Source: a virus. From it: a stretch of DNA of 64,000 bases. Location of the stretch: positions 1-64,000 of the IMG/VR virus record IMGVR_UViG_3300032297_000372. One strand, written 5' to 3'. Within the stretch, counting starts at the first letter, position 1. Each line of letters opens with the position of its first letter. The translations under genes were made by a program, and so were the position numbers. Below, piece by piece: positions 1 through 8,461 of the stretch. The notes beneath the pieces are model-generated. The model was given only the letters and a program-made list of their open reading frames with translations, had not been told where the DNA came from and did not search any database.

Positions 1-1
1 A

Positions 2-235
2 CAACTTGCCGAACAGGCTGGACTATTGGGTCCCAGTAGCCGAATAGGAAATTCACATGAAGCCACTGAAAAGTTCGCTGAGTTGATTGTTCGGGAATGT
101 GCCAAGATTTGTGACGATATTGGTCGGCAAGCACGTAAAGACTGGAAGGCAAAATATGATCCTGCTGATGATGGAAGATGTAATGGCGCATGGGAGTGTG
201 AAGAGGCCATCAAAGAATATTTCGGAGTTGAATGA
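2..235 (+). CDS. Small phage protein, 'EKFAELIVREC...HFGVE' family (5'-truncated at window edge)
   Basis: Frame is open from position 2 (QLAEQAGLLGP...); motif shared with paralogues at 479, 2027 and 3742. Confidence 0.75.
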   Translation, partial: QLAEQAGLLGPSSRIGNSHEATEKFAELIVRECAKICDDIGRQARKDWKAKYDPADDGRCNGAWECEEAIKEYFGVE

Positions 236-498
236 TGATAAACGCAAGGACGCATGAAACCTTGGTGATTACTCAAGAAGAGTGTGCCGAGGTTATACAG
301 GTAATTAGTAAGATATTTCGATTTGGATTAGATGAGAACGATCACCGTCTGGAAACAGAAATCGGTGATCTTTTGTGTATGGTTGACTTATTAATAGAAC
401 AGCGTATAATCGACCCATATAAGTTAGAAATTGCTAAACACGCCAAAAGAAATAAACTTAAAAAGTGGAGTAAAATCTTTGAACCCGATAATCAATAA
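232..498 (+). CDS. MazG-like nucleotide pyrophosphohydrolase
   Basis: QEECAEVIQ..SKIFRFG and ETEIGDLL, the ExxE/ExxD pair of the all-alpha NTP pyrophosphatase fold. Confidence 0.8.
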   Translation: MMINARTHETLVITQEECAEVIQVISKIFRFGLDENDHRLETEIGDLLCMVDLLIEQRIIDPYKLEIAKHAKRNKLKKWSKIFEPDNQ

Positions 499-658
499 AA
501 TCGCAGAAGATTGTCATTTTAACATCTATAACTCCCCTATCTGGAAAGGTACGGGAGAAAGATTCGTTGAGGCCATCATTCGTGAGTGTGCCAATATAGC
601 TCTACGTGAAGATCATGATCCGTATGAGTGTATTCTAAAACATTTTGGATTAGAATAA
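479..658 (+). CDS. Small phage protein, 'FAELIVREC' paralogue
   Basis: TTG start with GGAG 8 nt upstream; ERFVEAIIRECANIA...ILKHFGLE. Confidence 0.7.
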   Translation: MNPIINKIAEDCHFNIYNSPIWKGTGERFVEAIIRECANIALREDHDPYECILKHFGLE

Positions 659-861
659 TGACTTTTTCTAGACCTAGAAAAAACTATTGGGTTCGTACCA
701 AATGGATAGAAACAAGTGGTGGTGGTGGTAGAAACTTTGTTGCAACACCGTCATTGGCACGTGCAAAAAGATTAAACAAAAAACTTAAAGTAAAACACCG
801 TCAGATTGATGTGCGTGAACGTGGTAAAAGAGCCTACGTTTTAGATAGGAGTTGGATATAA
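658..861 (+). CDS. Hypothetical basic protein
   Basis: TAATG coupling to the upstream gene. Confidence 0.6.
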   Translation: MTFSRPRKNYWVRTKWIETSGGGGRNFVATPSLARAKRLNKKLKVKHRQIDVRERGKRAYVLDRSWI

Positions 862-862
862 T

Positions 863-1102
863 ATGACTAAAATGGCTGATCGTGAATTATTATTGCAAGC
901 TTTAGATGCGTTGGAAATATCTACAAATAATGAAGTGAGGAATCAAAATTCAGTATTTCATAGTCCACCAGAACCTAATGTCAAGATTACTTTTGGTGAT
1001 GTAAGTAATACGTACTTCCAATTCTATATCGAAAAACCACCGAATAAGTTTCAGATATGGATGTTGCGTAAGTTACTCGGTATTCGCATGGAGAAGATAT
1101 GA
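863..1102 (+). CDS. Hypothetical protein
   Basis: Tightly packed co-oriented ORF. Confidence 0.6.
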   Translation: MTKMADRELLLQALDALEISTNNEVRNQNSVFHSPPEPNVKITFGDVSNTYFQFYIEKPPNKFQIWMLRKLLGIRMEKI

Positions 1103-1422
1103 ACCTCGATGAATTAAATTTAAGATATAAGATAGAAAAAGAACAGAAATGGCTGGATGAAATCAAAGTAATTCCCTTTATCCAATTTCCTGCTGACTGG
1201 AAGATTCAAGTTATTCCTCCGTTCGGTGATGCGGTTGTTCGTTTTCGTGTCCAGTTACCATCTGGTAAAGAAAAGTCGGTTTACCTAGACCATCGTGAGT
1301 CATTAGGTATCTACGGTGATATTGAACCGTACTGGGAAGTTTATCCTTATGGCGATGATGTTGGAAGATGTGGTCGTGAAGAAATTGATAAACTGTTAGA
1401 GTATATCGGAGATGAAGAATGA
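1099..1422 (+). CDS. Hypothetical protein
   Basis: ATGA overlap, GGAG RBS. Confidence 0.7.
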   Translation: MNLDELNLRYKIEKEQKWLDEIKVIPFIQFPADWKIQVIPPFGDAVVRFRVQLPSGKEKSVYLDHRESLGIYGDIEPYWEVYPYGDDVGRCGREEIDKLLEYIGDEE

Positions 1423-1610
1423 GAATATTTGTGGTTAGTTCCTGCCATTTAGATATTAGTACTGGACATGTGAGTGCTTTAGTGCTGCGTGGGTTTACTG
1501 AGTCGGAAGCGGCCGATGCATGGATAAAACAACAAGAGGAACGTGACCCTAGTTTTAATCCGGAAGAAGATTGGTACGAAGTAGATGATATAACACTTGA
1601 TGGTATTTAA
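1419..1610 (+). CDS. Hypothetical protein
   Basis: ATGA overlap. Confidence 0.6.
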   Translation: MRIFVVSSCHLDISTGHVSALVLRGFTESEAADAWIKQQEERDPSFNPEEDWYEVDDITLDGI

Positions 1611-1620
1611 GGAGTAATAT

Positions 1621-1845
1621 ATGAAATGGTTGAGTAATAATATTTTTGAAATAGTTTTTGGTATCTTTGTTGTATTGGCTATTTTTATTTTGGTCAATGT
1701 GTTAATTAGTGTTGCTGAAAGAGATTTGGCCGCCAATGATTTTGCCGATAAAAACGGTTGTTATATCATTGGAAAATTGACAAATGATAATCATAAGTAT
1801 ATAATGGCATGTAAAGAACAATTGATTGTCCGTAGATTTCTATGA
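1621..1845 (+). CDS. Hypothetical membrane protein
   Basis: AAGGAG RBS; N-terminal hydrophobic helix. Confidence 0.65.
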   Translation: MKWLSNNIFEIVFGIFVVLAIFILVNVLISVAERDLAANDFADKNGCYIIGKLTNDNHKYIMACKEQLIVRRFL

Positions 1846-2030
1846 TAAGTAAACCAATTCTTAGGCAAATGTGTGATGTGTTGGTCGTTGCACTAGTTGG
1901 TAAAAAATACTCTAAGGATTGGTGGAACAGTCCCAATAAAGCATTAGACAATAAAACACCCGAAGAACTGTGGACTGTGGAACCTTATCGAGTTTATGAA
2001 TACTTAATGCACTATGCAGATTACCCATGA
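1842..2030 (+). CDS. Stand-alone Xre/MbcA/ParS antitoxin toxin-binding-domain-like (DUF2384-like) protein
   Basis: WWNSPNKALDNKTPEELW matches the WlxxPnxaLxgxxPxell signature. Confidence 0.6.
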   Translation: MISKPILRQMCDVLVVALVGKKYSKDWWNSPNKALDNKTPEELWTVEPYRVYEYLMHYADYP

Positions 2031-2224
2031 CGAATAAACTTATCGAAGAACTTGCTATAGAATCTGGAATTGCTCTAGGTAATAACTTTGCCGAAGGCAG
2101 CAGACGAGACTTACTTACTAAATTTGCTGAACTGATAATTCAAGAATGCGCTGAGGTTGCCGGATGCAATGCACATGTATCCGGTTTTGCACTTGGTAAT
2201 TTAATTAAAGAACATTTTAAATGA
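2027..2224 (+). CDS. Small phage protein, 'FAELIVREC' paralogue
   Basis: IEELAIESG...TKFAELIIQECAEVA...IKEHF. Confidence 0.7.
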   Translation: MTNKLIEELAIESGIALGNNFAEGSRRDLLTKFAELIIQECAEVAGCNAHVSGFALGNLIKEHFK

Positions 2225-2400
2225 GACCCCTATTCAAAGAAAAAGCACGTGAGTGTGGTATTGTCTTAGATGATGAATATAACGTGATGCATATTCGCAA
2301 AGAGAATTTTGAGAAATATACCGAGATGATATGGGAACTAGGCCGTTCGCAGGAAGCAGCAATGTGGAAATTACAACAATGGAATGAAGAGAACTTATAA
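2221..2400 (+). CDS. Hypothetical protein (59 aa, not in ORF track)
   Basis: MRPLFKEKARECG...; ATGA and TAATG coupling on the two sides. Confidence 0.6.
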   Translation: MRPLFKEKARECGIVLDDEYNVMHIRKENFEKYTEMIWELGRSQEAAMWKLQQWNEENL

Positions 2401-2630
2401 TGAAAAAATGGCAAGACTATGAAAGCACTAACAAATATTATTTCGATGATAAAGATGGAATGATTATAGGACAAGTACACAAATTCGGTACATCCGTTAG
2501 TGTCTATACTGCCACTGTGAAATTTGAAAATATTGATAGATTACTAGGACAATATATCAATTTAGATTATGCACAAAAAGCCGTAGAAAGATTTTGGGAA
2601 ATAGAAGATGGAACTTTGATAGGACAATAG
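2400..2630 (+). CDS. Hypothetical protein
   Basis: Coupled ORF. Confidence 0.65.
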   Translation: MKKWQDYESTNKYYFDDKDGMIIGQVHKFGTSVSVYTATVKFENIDRLLGQYINLDYAQKAVERFWEIEDGTLIGQ

Positions 2631-2638
2631 GAGAAAAA

Positions 2639-3202
2639 ATGAAATTACTAGCATCACTATTAACTGTCGGTGTAATTGGTATTGGTGGATATGCATTACT
2701 GTCAATCAATAGTCAAATTACAGATTCAGTAACACAACTACCGAATCCTAATATCGAACAGTCTGATAGAATTAATGGTAAACCTTTACCAAACAAAGCA
2801 TCTAAGACAATGTTTGAATCGAGATTGATTACAAAAGATATTACAGATGCTACCGGCAAACCTACAGGTTGGGTTATAGTAACATCACGTAGTGTTCGTG
2901 ACCAAGGTACTCGTAGTCCAATTCATGTACATCCACATGGCGGACAGACCTGTGTAGTATCAGGTGAAATGTCATTATACTTAGATGGTGAAAGTAAGAT
3001 ACAGACTGCCGGACCCGGTGATTGTTATTGGATGCCAGCAGGTCGTAGAATGAGTGGAGTTAATTCTGCCGATAGTCGTACTATTATGATTGATACATTT
3101 GTTGTACCTAAAGGTGAACAAGTGTGGATTGTGGTAGAACCTGGAATGACCGATGCACAAGATCAATTCGACAAATTATTCAATACGAAAGGACATCATT
3201 AA
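2639..3202 (+). CDS. Cupin-domain protein with N-terminal signal/anchor
   Basis: AGGAG RBS; hydrophobic N-terminus; PIHVHPHGGQTCVVSGE and GPGDCYWMPAG cupin motifs. Confidence 0.7.
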   Translation: MKLLASLLTVGVIGIGGYALLSINSQITDSVTQLPNPNIEQSDRINGKPLPNKASKTMFESRLITKDITDATGKPTGWVIVTSRSVRDQGTRSPIHVHPHGGQTCVVSGEMSLYLDGESKIQTAGPGDCYWMPAGRRMSGVNSADSRTIMIDTFVVPKGEQVWIVVEPGMTDAQDQFDKLFNTKGHH

Positions 3203-3203
3203 A

Positions 3204-3731
3204 ATGCGTGAAATAAGAGCTCAATTTGAATTAACACAAAAAGGTATAGCTGTAGATCGCCGATACACTATTCGTGTTGGTGATGGAATTCATAGTCAAA
3301 ACTTTACACTAGCACCACCAAAAGATCCATTCTCAGATGCTCAATGGAACATGTTGTTGGGTGAATCGAGAACAAAATGGGATTGGTGCTCTAATAATGG
3401 TGAAGGCATGTATGTTACTATTATTAGACAATACGTTAATCCTGAATTTGATTTTAGTCCAGAAGCATACATGAGACATGACTGGTTAATAGATATACCT
3501 GACGTATCTAAATTTAGATTATACAATCCTTTATTTGCTCGTGCGTGTTTAGATTGGCCAACTTCTAAAGGTTGGGGTAATAGTGTACCATTTAGTGAGG
3601 GTGATACTAAGCATTACGCTTGGAGTTATTCTAATTGGGATTCTAAAATTGAAGAGAAAGATGTACAATATACGGTTCAGAGATTAGATGATTCTGATAA
3701 CTTTAAAGAGTTTATTATTAAATTAGATTAA
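3204..3731 (+). CDS. Hypothetical protein
   Basis: 175-aa ORF starting just after the previous stop. Confidence 0.7.
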   Translation: MREIRAQFELTQKGIAVDRRYTIRVGDGIHSQNFTLAPPKDPFSDAQWNMLLGESRTKWDWCSNNGEGMYVTIIRQYVNPEFDFSPEAYMRHDWLIDIPDVSKFRLYNPLFARACLDWPTSKGWGNSVPFSEGDTKHYAWSYSNWDSKIEEKDVQYTVQRLDDSDNFKEFIIKLD

Positions 3732-3741
3732 GGATAAAATC

Positions 3742-3996
3742 ATGAGTAGTGAGATTAATCGATTAGCAGTAGATTATGGAATATTTAATTATGCAGGTAA
3801 TGATCCAAATGATCGTGAACATTTTTTAAATCCTAATGTTACTGAGATAAGCATACTTGCATTTGCCGAAGAGTTAGTCCGTAAATGCGCTTTCGTTGCT
3901 AGAAAACAGGTATTAGAATCTAATAATATTTCTGTGGATTTTCCTGGTACCACTGATATTGAATATGAAATTCTGGATCATTTTGGAATAAAATAA
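3742..3996 (+). CDS. Small phage protein, 'FAELIVREC' paralogue
   Basis: INRLAVDYG...LAFAEELVRKCAFVA...ILDHFGIK. Confidence 0.65.
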   Translation: MSSEINRLAVDYGIFNYAGNDPNDREHFLNPNVTEISILAFAEELVRKCAFVARKQVLESNNISVDFPGTTDIEYEILDHFGIK

Positions 3997-3997
3997 A

Positions 3998-4240
3998 ATG
4001 CAAAATCGATTAAAAGAACTCTACAATGATTTAGCATGGGCAATTAAATTAACCATTGGTGATAAAATTTATATTGCTGTTGCTATTTTATTTTGGCTGT
4101 GGTGTTTAGGGTTTGTACTTTGGAGTTTATGGAATAAACCTTTGCCTACTATATTCTGTTTATTATTTGTTTGGTTCGTTGTAACTGTATATGAACGTTA
4201 TAATGAAATACAAGAATGGAAAAAAGATTTGCCAAAATGA
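3998..4240 (+). CDS. Hypothetical two-TM membrane protein
   Basis: Two Trp/Phe-rich hydrophobic segments. Confidence 0.65.
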   Translation: MQNRLKELYNDLAWAIKLTIGDKIYIAVAILFWLWCLGFVLWSLWNKPLPTIFCLLFVWFVVTVYERYNEIQEWKKDLPK

Positions 4241-4815
4241 AAGTTTATGATGAACTAATATTTCCTGTAACTATTGCCTATAGTGACCATGAATTAAAAA
4301 ATTCTATAGAACTTGTTAAGTTATCTAAAAAGATTATTGACGGTAATGAGGAATTTCCTTTTATGTCTCCTTGCATTTCTACTGTACATAAAAAGAATGA
4401 CATACTTGAAATGGTAGAATTTGTAGATGTGAAAAAACAGGTACTAGAAACCATAAAACATTACACGGAAAAAAATCGTATTGATACCACCGATTTAATC
4501 ATATACAATTCTTGGTTAAATTATTATGATATCGGTGGTTATCAAGACTTACATCATCACCCAAAGAGTGTATTATCTGGAGTTTATTATATACAAAGTG
4601 GTGGTGAACGAGATTTTGCATTTCAGAATCCATCACATTTCTTTCAACCAGTACATCCAATTTTATATGAGTTGACTGGCCTGAATTCTGGTAATATGCT
4701 TTATCAATCTTTACCTGGAAGATGTATTGTTTTTCCATCTCATTTGATGCACAAAACTTTACCTGCCATAGCGCCAAGAATTAGTTTGAGTTTTAATGTT
4801 ACTTATAGGATATAA
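4237..4815 (+). CDS. Putative 2OG-Fe(II) oxygenase (TIGR02466-like)
   Basis: SWLN...HHHPKSVLSGVYYI...IVFPSHLMH...RISLSFN. Confidence 0.85.
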   Translation: MKVYDELIFPVTIAYSDHELKNSIELVKLSKKIIDGNEEFPFMSPCISTVHKKNDILEMVEFVDVKKQVLETIKHYTEKNRIDTTDLIIYNSWLNYYDIGGYQDLHHHPKSVLSGVYYIQSGGERDFAFQNPSHFFQPVHPILYELTGLNSGNMLYQSLPGRCIVFPSHLMHKTLPAIAPRISLSFNVTYRI

Positions 4816-4816
4816 T

Positions 4817-4969
4817 ATGGGTTGGTTAATTTTAAATATAGTTATGATACCGTTAATGTTGTTTGCTGCTAAAATGAGTTTCGAAGATGGCAATAAGAAA
4901 ATGGGTTATTTCGATTTATTCGCTGCAGCTTTGAATTTTATAGCAGCAGCTTCTTATTTGGCATCGTGA
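4817..4969 (+). CDS. Small membrane protein (50 aa, not in ORF track)
   Basis: AGGA RBS; two hydrophobic segments. Confidence 0.5.
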   Translation: MGWLILNIVMIPLMLFAAKMSFEDGNKKMGYFDLFAAALNFIAAASYLAS

Positions 4970-4981
4970 AATAGATGAGGT

Positions 4982-4989
4982 AATAAATA
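4982..4989 (+). promoter_or_regulatory. T4-type late promoter inside a 7-bp inverted repeat
   Basis: AATAAATA within TGAGGTA-ataaa-TACCTCA, 7 nt before ATG 4997. Confidence 0.5.
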
Positions 4990-4996
4990 CCTCACT

Positions 4997-5185
4997 ATGT
5001 CAGATGAAAACGAAAATCTACAAAAGAAGTTAAATTCTTTTAAGCCTAAAAAGAAACTATCGGTACCTAAAGAGTTTCTAGAAAGTGCAAATAGTTATGA
5101 TGAGAAGTTATCGGTGATTAGAGTAGTTACAGAAAAAGAAATGAAGAAGGTTATTTTATTAGTTAAAGATATGTTGAAGAAATAA
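4997..5185 (+). CDS. Hypothetical protein
   Basis: ORF following a late-promoter motif. Confidence 0.6.
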   Translation: MSDENENLQKKLNSFKPKKKLSVPKEFLESANSYDEKLSVIRVVTEKEMKKVILLVKDMLKK

Positions 5186-5394
5186 TGGATAAGTTAAAAG
5201 AAATTATTAATATCTTAAAATCTCTATCTGCACTGAATCTTGGTGGAGCTTTTTCTGGAATAAAAAGTCTTATCATGGCTATCGTGGGTGCAGTTATCAT
5301 TATGTTATGTGGCCTTGGTTCTTGGAAAGCATATGAACTTTACAATTTTGCAATGACCCACACCATCATTTTCCAAGAAGTTGCCGACCAATAA
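5185..5394 (+). CDS. Hypothetical membrane protein
   Basis: TAATG coupling; hydrophobic segment. Confidence 0.6.
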   Translation: MDKLKEIINILKSLSALNLGGAFSGIKSLIMAIVGAVIIMLCGLGSWKAYELYNFAMTHTIIFQEVADQ

Positions 5395-5482
5395 GTTGTC
5401 AAAAAGATAACACTTCCACCAGTTGTTGCAAAAAAACAACATTCTACGAACCGCTTGACTTATACCACAATTACTGTACAAT
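5395..5482 (+). promoter_or_regulatory. Sigma70-like early promoter with upstream palindromes
   Basis: TTGACT(5455)-16 nt-TACAAT(5477); GTTGTC-N5-GATAAC and TGTTG-N8-CAACA upstream. Confidence 0.7.
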
Positions 5483-5510
5483 GGTCTCTGTTGATTGATT
5501 AGGAGGCGAT

Positions 5511-5771
5511 ATGGTTGATTTAGATGAAGTAGTGACTTTATGGCGTAATAACTGGAACTTCACTTCCACGGCTTTATCGGTTGTTATCAAAAAAGAAACT
5601 GCAAAAGCATTTCAATTTGCTGTAGCAGAAAATCCTAAGATGACATTCTGGCTTCCCAAAAAAGCACTAAAATTCGATAGAGATAATCTGGCTGTTATGG
5701 CTAAATGGTGTACGCCTGATGAATGGTACTGGCGTGCTGAAAATCGTTATGCTCACTTCTACAAGAGATAA
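5511..5771 (+). CDS. Hypothetical early protein
   Basis: AGGAGG RBS after promoter. Confidence 0.7.
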   Translation: MVDLDEVVTLWRNNWNFTSTALSVVIKKETAKAFQFAVAENPKMTFWLPKKALKFDRDNLAVMAKWCTPDEWYWRAENRYAHFYKR

Positions 5772-5775
5772 TATT

Positions 5776-5943
5776 ATGAAAAACTTTACTTATGTTTGTT
5801 TTTATAAAAATCTTCAAACGACTGTTCAGGCAATAACTTCTTATGAAGCTCAGTTGGCCGCAGCGAAAAAATTCAAAGCAAAAAAATCGTATGATGTTAC
5901 CGTTGTTCTTGCTGATAAACCGGTAGATACGGCTTCCTTATGA
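5776..5943 (+). CDS. Hypothetical protein
   Basis: Packed ORF, SYEAQLAAAKKFKAKKSY. Confidence 0.6.
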   Translation: MKNFTYVCFYKNLQTTVQAITSYEAQLAAAKKFKAKKSYDVTVVLADKPVDTASL

Positions 5944-6317
5944 CACAAGTAAAAGGTTATTTAAGTAATCAATTTCAAGGGGACTATAAAAAAGTCCTCT
6001 GTGTTTGCACTGCCGGCATGTTGAGGTCTCCTACGATAGCTCATACATTATCGGCAGAACCTTACAATTTCAATACTAGATGTGCGGGTACGAATGATCG
6101 GTTAGCTATCGTTGAACTAACAGATAGGCTTTTGGTTTGGGCTGATGAAGTTGTTTGTGCTGATACAGAACATGCACAAGTTGTTACGAAGCTATTAGGT
6201 AAGTTAGAACTGGATACACGTGTAGTCAATCTTGGACTTCCTGATATATATGATTATAGAGATCCAGAATTGGTTGAATTAATTAAAGTGGGGTATGATA
6301 ATGCCAACAATTATTAA
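5940..6317 (+). CDS. Low-molecular-weight protein tyrosine phosphatase-like protein
   Basis: VLCVCTAGMLRSPT (CX5RS P-loop), LLVWAD, LPDIYDYRDPEL. Confidence 0.8.
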   Translation: MTQVKGYLSNQFQGDYKKVLCVCTAGMLRSPTIAHTLSAEPYNFNTRCAGTNDRLAIVELTDRLLVWADEVVCADTEHAQVVTKLLGKLELDTRVVNLGLPDIYDYRDPELVELIKVGYDNANNY

Positions 6318-6513
6318 AGATGTTGAAGTTGAAGTTAATGTTTCACTGGAAGATTTTGAAGATGAAGAATTATTGGATGAACTTGCCAGCCGTAATTTAC
6401 AACAAGGTAATGTACAAGAACTTATCGAGAAGATTTATCACAAGCGTAGATTGTCGCAAAATTTTGATGACGAACTTGATAAATTAATTTACGCAGTTTT
6501 AGGTAGAGTATAA
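6301..6513 (+). CDS. Hypothetical acidic protein
   Basis: Packed ORF; LEDFEDEELLDELASR. Confidence 0.65.
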   Translation: MPTIIKDVEVEVNVSLEDFEDEELLDELASRNLQQGNVQELIEKIYHKRRLSQNFDDELDKLIYAVLGRV

Positions 6514-6656
6514 TGAAAATAGCACCGAAAAAATTGAAAGAGAGAAATCAATTCGTTGTTGCGGCATTATTTCGCAAGGCCGGTGCTCATCGTAAAACTA
6601 ACAAGGCTATTCGTAAAAAGGAAAACCAAGATGTTAGAATGCTTAATCATTGGTGA
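6513..6656 (+). CDS. Small basic protein (47 aa, not in ORF track)
   Basis: TAATG coupling; RNQFVVAALFRKAGAHRKTNKAIR. Confidence 0.6.
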   Translation: MKIAPKKLKERNQFVVAALFRKAGAHRKTNKAIRKKENQDVRMLNHW

Positions 6657-7029
6657 TAGTATTGCGGTCGGAACTAAACATGTCCGACCAGAGTGTGTAT
6701 CATACGCCAAGAGTGGTTGGAATTCTTCACAATGGAATAATGAATATTCTAGTAAGCCTTTGGTTGCTAATACTGTTATCATTAGTTTAGGTTCGAACGA
6801 TCTTAAAAATATAGATACTAAAAAAGAACTCGAAATAATTCGAGATAGAGCAAAAGCACAAAGAGTGTTTTGGATTTTACCTGCAATTAAACCACGAGTG
6901 CAGGATATAGTTTATGAAATTGCAATTGAAAATGATGACGTTGTTATTCCAATAAGAAGCTTGCAAAAAGACAAGGTGCATCCGGATTTGAATGGGTATA
7001 AACAAATCGCAAAAAGGACGAGAGAATGA
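6631..7029 (+). CDS. SGNH/GDSL hydrolase-family protein
   Basis: IIGDSIAVG (block I), SLGSND (block III), DKVHP (block V). Confidence 0.8.
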   Translation: MLECLIIGDSIAVGTKHVRPECVSYAKSGWNSSQWNNEYSSKPLVANTVIISLGSNDLKNIDTKKELEIIRDRAKAQRVFWILPAIKPRVQDIVYEIAIENDDVVIPIRSLQKDKVHPDLNGYKQIAKRTRE

Positions 7030-7223
7030 ATAATAGTGAGAAGATAAGAGAACAATTCAAAGAGTGGTATTACGGAAAGTATGGGTATGGCAATGACGGC
7101 TATTATCCAGAAGAAGTACGTGAAATATGGATGGCTGGTTATAATGCTCGCAATACTTACATTCACTTTATTCGTGAACAAGTAAAAGAAATGCAAAAGA
7201 TAATTTCTACTCGATATGGATAA
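7026..7223 (+). CDS. Hypothetical protein
   Basis: ATGA overlap. Confidence 0.6.
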   Translation: MNNSEKIREQFKEWYYGKYGYGNDGYYPEEVREIWMAGYNARNTYIHFIREQVKEMQKIISTRYG

Positions 7224-7413
7224 TTACGAAGAAACTTTAGTGATGAACTTTATTTCTGGATTTATTTCAGGAATAATATTTTGCCTTATACTATATCTAG
7301 TGTTGACTAAAGATGTGGTTAAGATTTATTATTCATGTGATATATCAGAATTTTCACCTGATGTTCCTATTGAGGTTCGATCTGAATGCCGTAAACTCAG
7401 GAGTAAGATGTGA
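7216..7413 (+). CDS. Hypothetical membrane protein
   Basis: TM helix then YSCDISEFSPDVP..VRSECRKLR. Confidence 0.6.
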   Translation: MDNYEETLVMNFISGFISGIIFCLILYLVLTKDVVKIYYSCDISEFSPDVPIEVRSECRKLRSKM

Positions 7414-7531
7414 AACTTCCATGGCACGAACGCTGGACTAAGTATGAATTTTTTTATAAATTAAAGGTTAATTTCACCATGTTTGAACTTTTATTTTTAC
7501 TTGCAATTATTTTTTTAATATTCTCCTTTCT

Positions 7532-7894
7532 ATGACAAAAGAAAAAATCGATTTTGATGGATTTTATTTTACACCAGAAGTTAATGATGAGGGTGAATAT
7601 GGTATAATGTATTCCTATTTTTCACATGATAAAAAACACAAGAAACGAAAAGAACATTATGATAATTTGTATCATATTGTGATATTTAAAAATTTGGATG
7701 GTTTGCCAATTCTCGATGAAAACTTTGAGGCAGTATTGTTAGATCCACAATATTACACCAAAACTTTAGTTGAGAATGGATTTTTCGGTTGCATTGTTAA
7801 ATGTACCGCACAATCGAAAAAGTGGATTAAAGATTACTTGACAAATGTTGAAGAACGTGTTACAATTTTAAAACAAAATGAGATAGGAAATTAA
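7532..7894 (+). CDS. Hypothetical protein
   Basis: 120-aa ORF. Confidence 0.65.
   Translation: MTKEKIDFDGFYFTPEVNDEGEYGIMYSYFSHDKKHKKRKEHYDNLYHIVIFKNLDGLPILDENFEAVLLDPQYYTKTLVENGFFGCIVKCTAQSKKWIKDYLTNVEERVTILKQNEIGN
7838..7866 (+). promoter_or_regulatory. Sigma70-like promoter
   Basis: TTGACA-17 nt-TACAAT with TGn extension, upstream of 7897. Confidence 0.6.
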
Positions 7895-7896
7895 TT

Positions 7897-8199
7897 ATGA
7901 GTGATAGTTACAATGAAAGAATGGTAGAAGAAATAGATGCACTAGGTAAATGTGTATCTTTGTTGAAAGCGGTGAATCGTAGTTGTCAATGGCTTTCTTC
8001 TGGTGATGTGGCAAATTCTTTGGATGTATTGACTGATTCTATTGAAAATACATTTACTAATTTGCAAGAACTTTATATGGAAAATGAACGTAAGGAATTT
8101 TTCGAGGTTCTTAGGAAGAACGCAAAAGAAGATATCATTGAAGATGCTACAGTAGAACTAGATTCTGTAATTCAAGGATGGGTAAGAAATGCAAACTAA
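7897..8199 (+). CDS. Hypothetical protein
   Basis: AGGA RBS. Confidence 0.65.
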   Translation: MSDSYNERMVEEIDALGKCVSLLKAVNRSCQWLSSGDVANSLDVLTDSIENTFTNLQELYMENERKEFFEVLRKNAKEDIIEDATVELDSVIQGWVRNAN

Positions 8200-8461
8200 T
8201 TTTATATTAACTGAAGAAAACAAAGAACTTTTGACCGACTTAATCAAAGAAGGTTTAGTTAAAATTGTTTTTGAAAAGAAAGATGGTACTATTAGAGAGA
8301 TGTTATGTACCTTAAAACCTAGTATTATTTCAGAATACTGGATATCTGCTGAAAATAGAATGAAATTTAATGAAGCTGTTTTACCAGTATTCGATCTTGA
8401 TGTAAAAGGTTGGCGTTGTTTCAGATGGGATTCTTTAAAAACTTATGATACGGACTTTTAA
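8189..8461 (+). CDS. DUF2693/WYL_2 SH3-like beta-barrel protein
   Basis: VKIVFEKKDGTIREMLCTL...VFDLDVKGWRCFRWD. Confidence 0.75.
   Translation: MQTNFILTEENKELLTDLIKEGLVKIVFEKKDGTIREMLCTLKPSIISEYWISAENRMKFNEAVLPVFDLDVKGWRCFRWDSLKTYDTDF

Noticed and set aside
6513-6656. Small basic protein as an ArfA-like ribosome rescue factor
   Set aside because: Only compositional similarity; lacks the ArfA KKGKGSY motif
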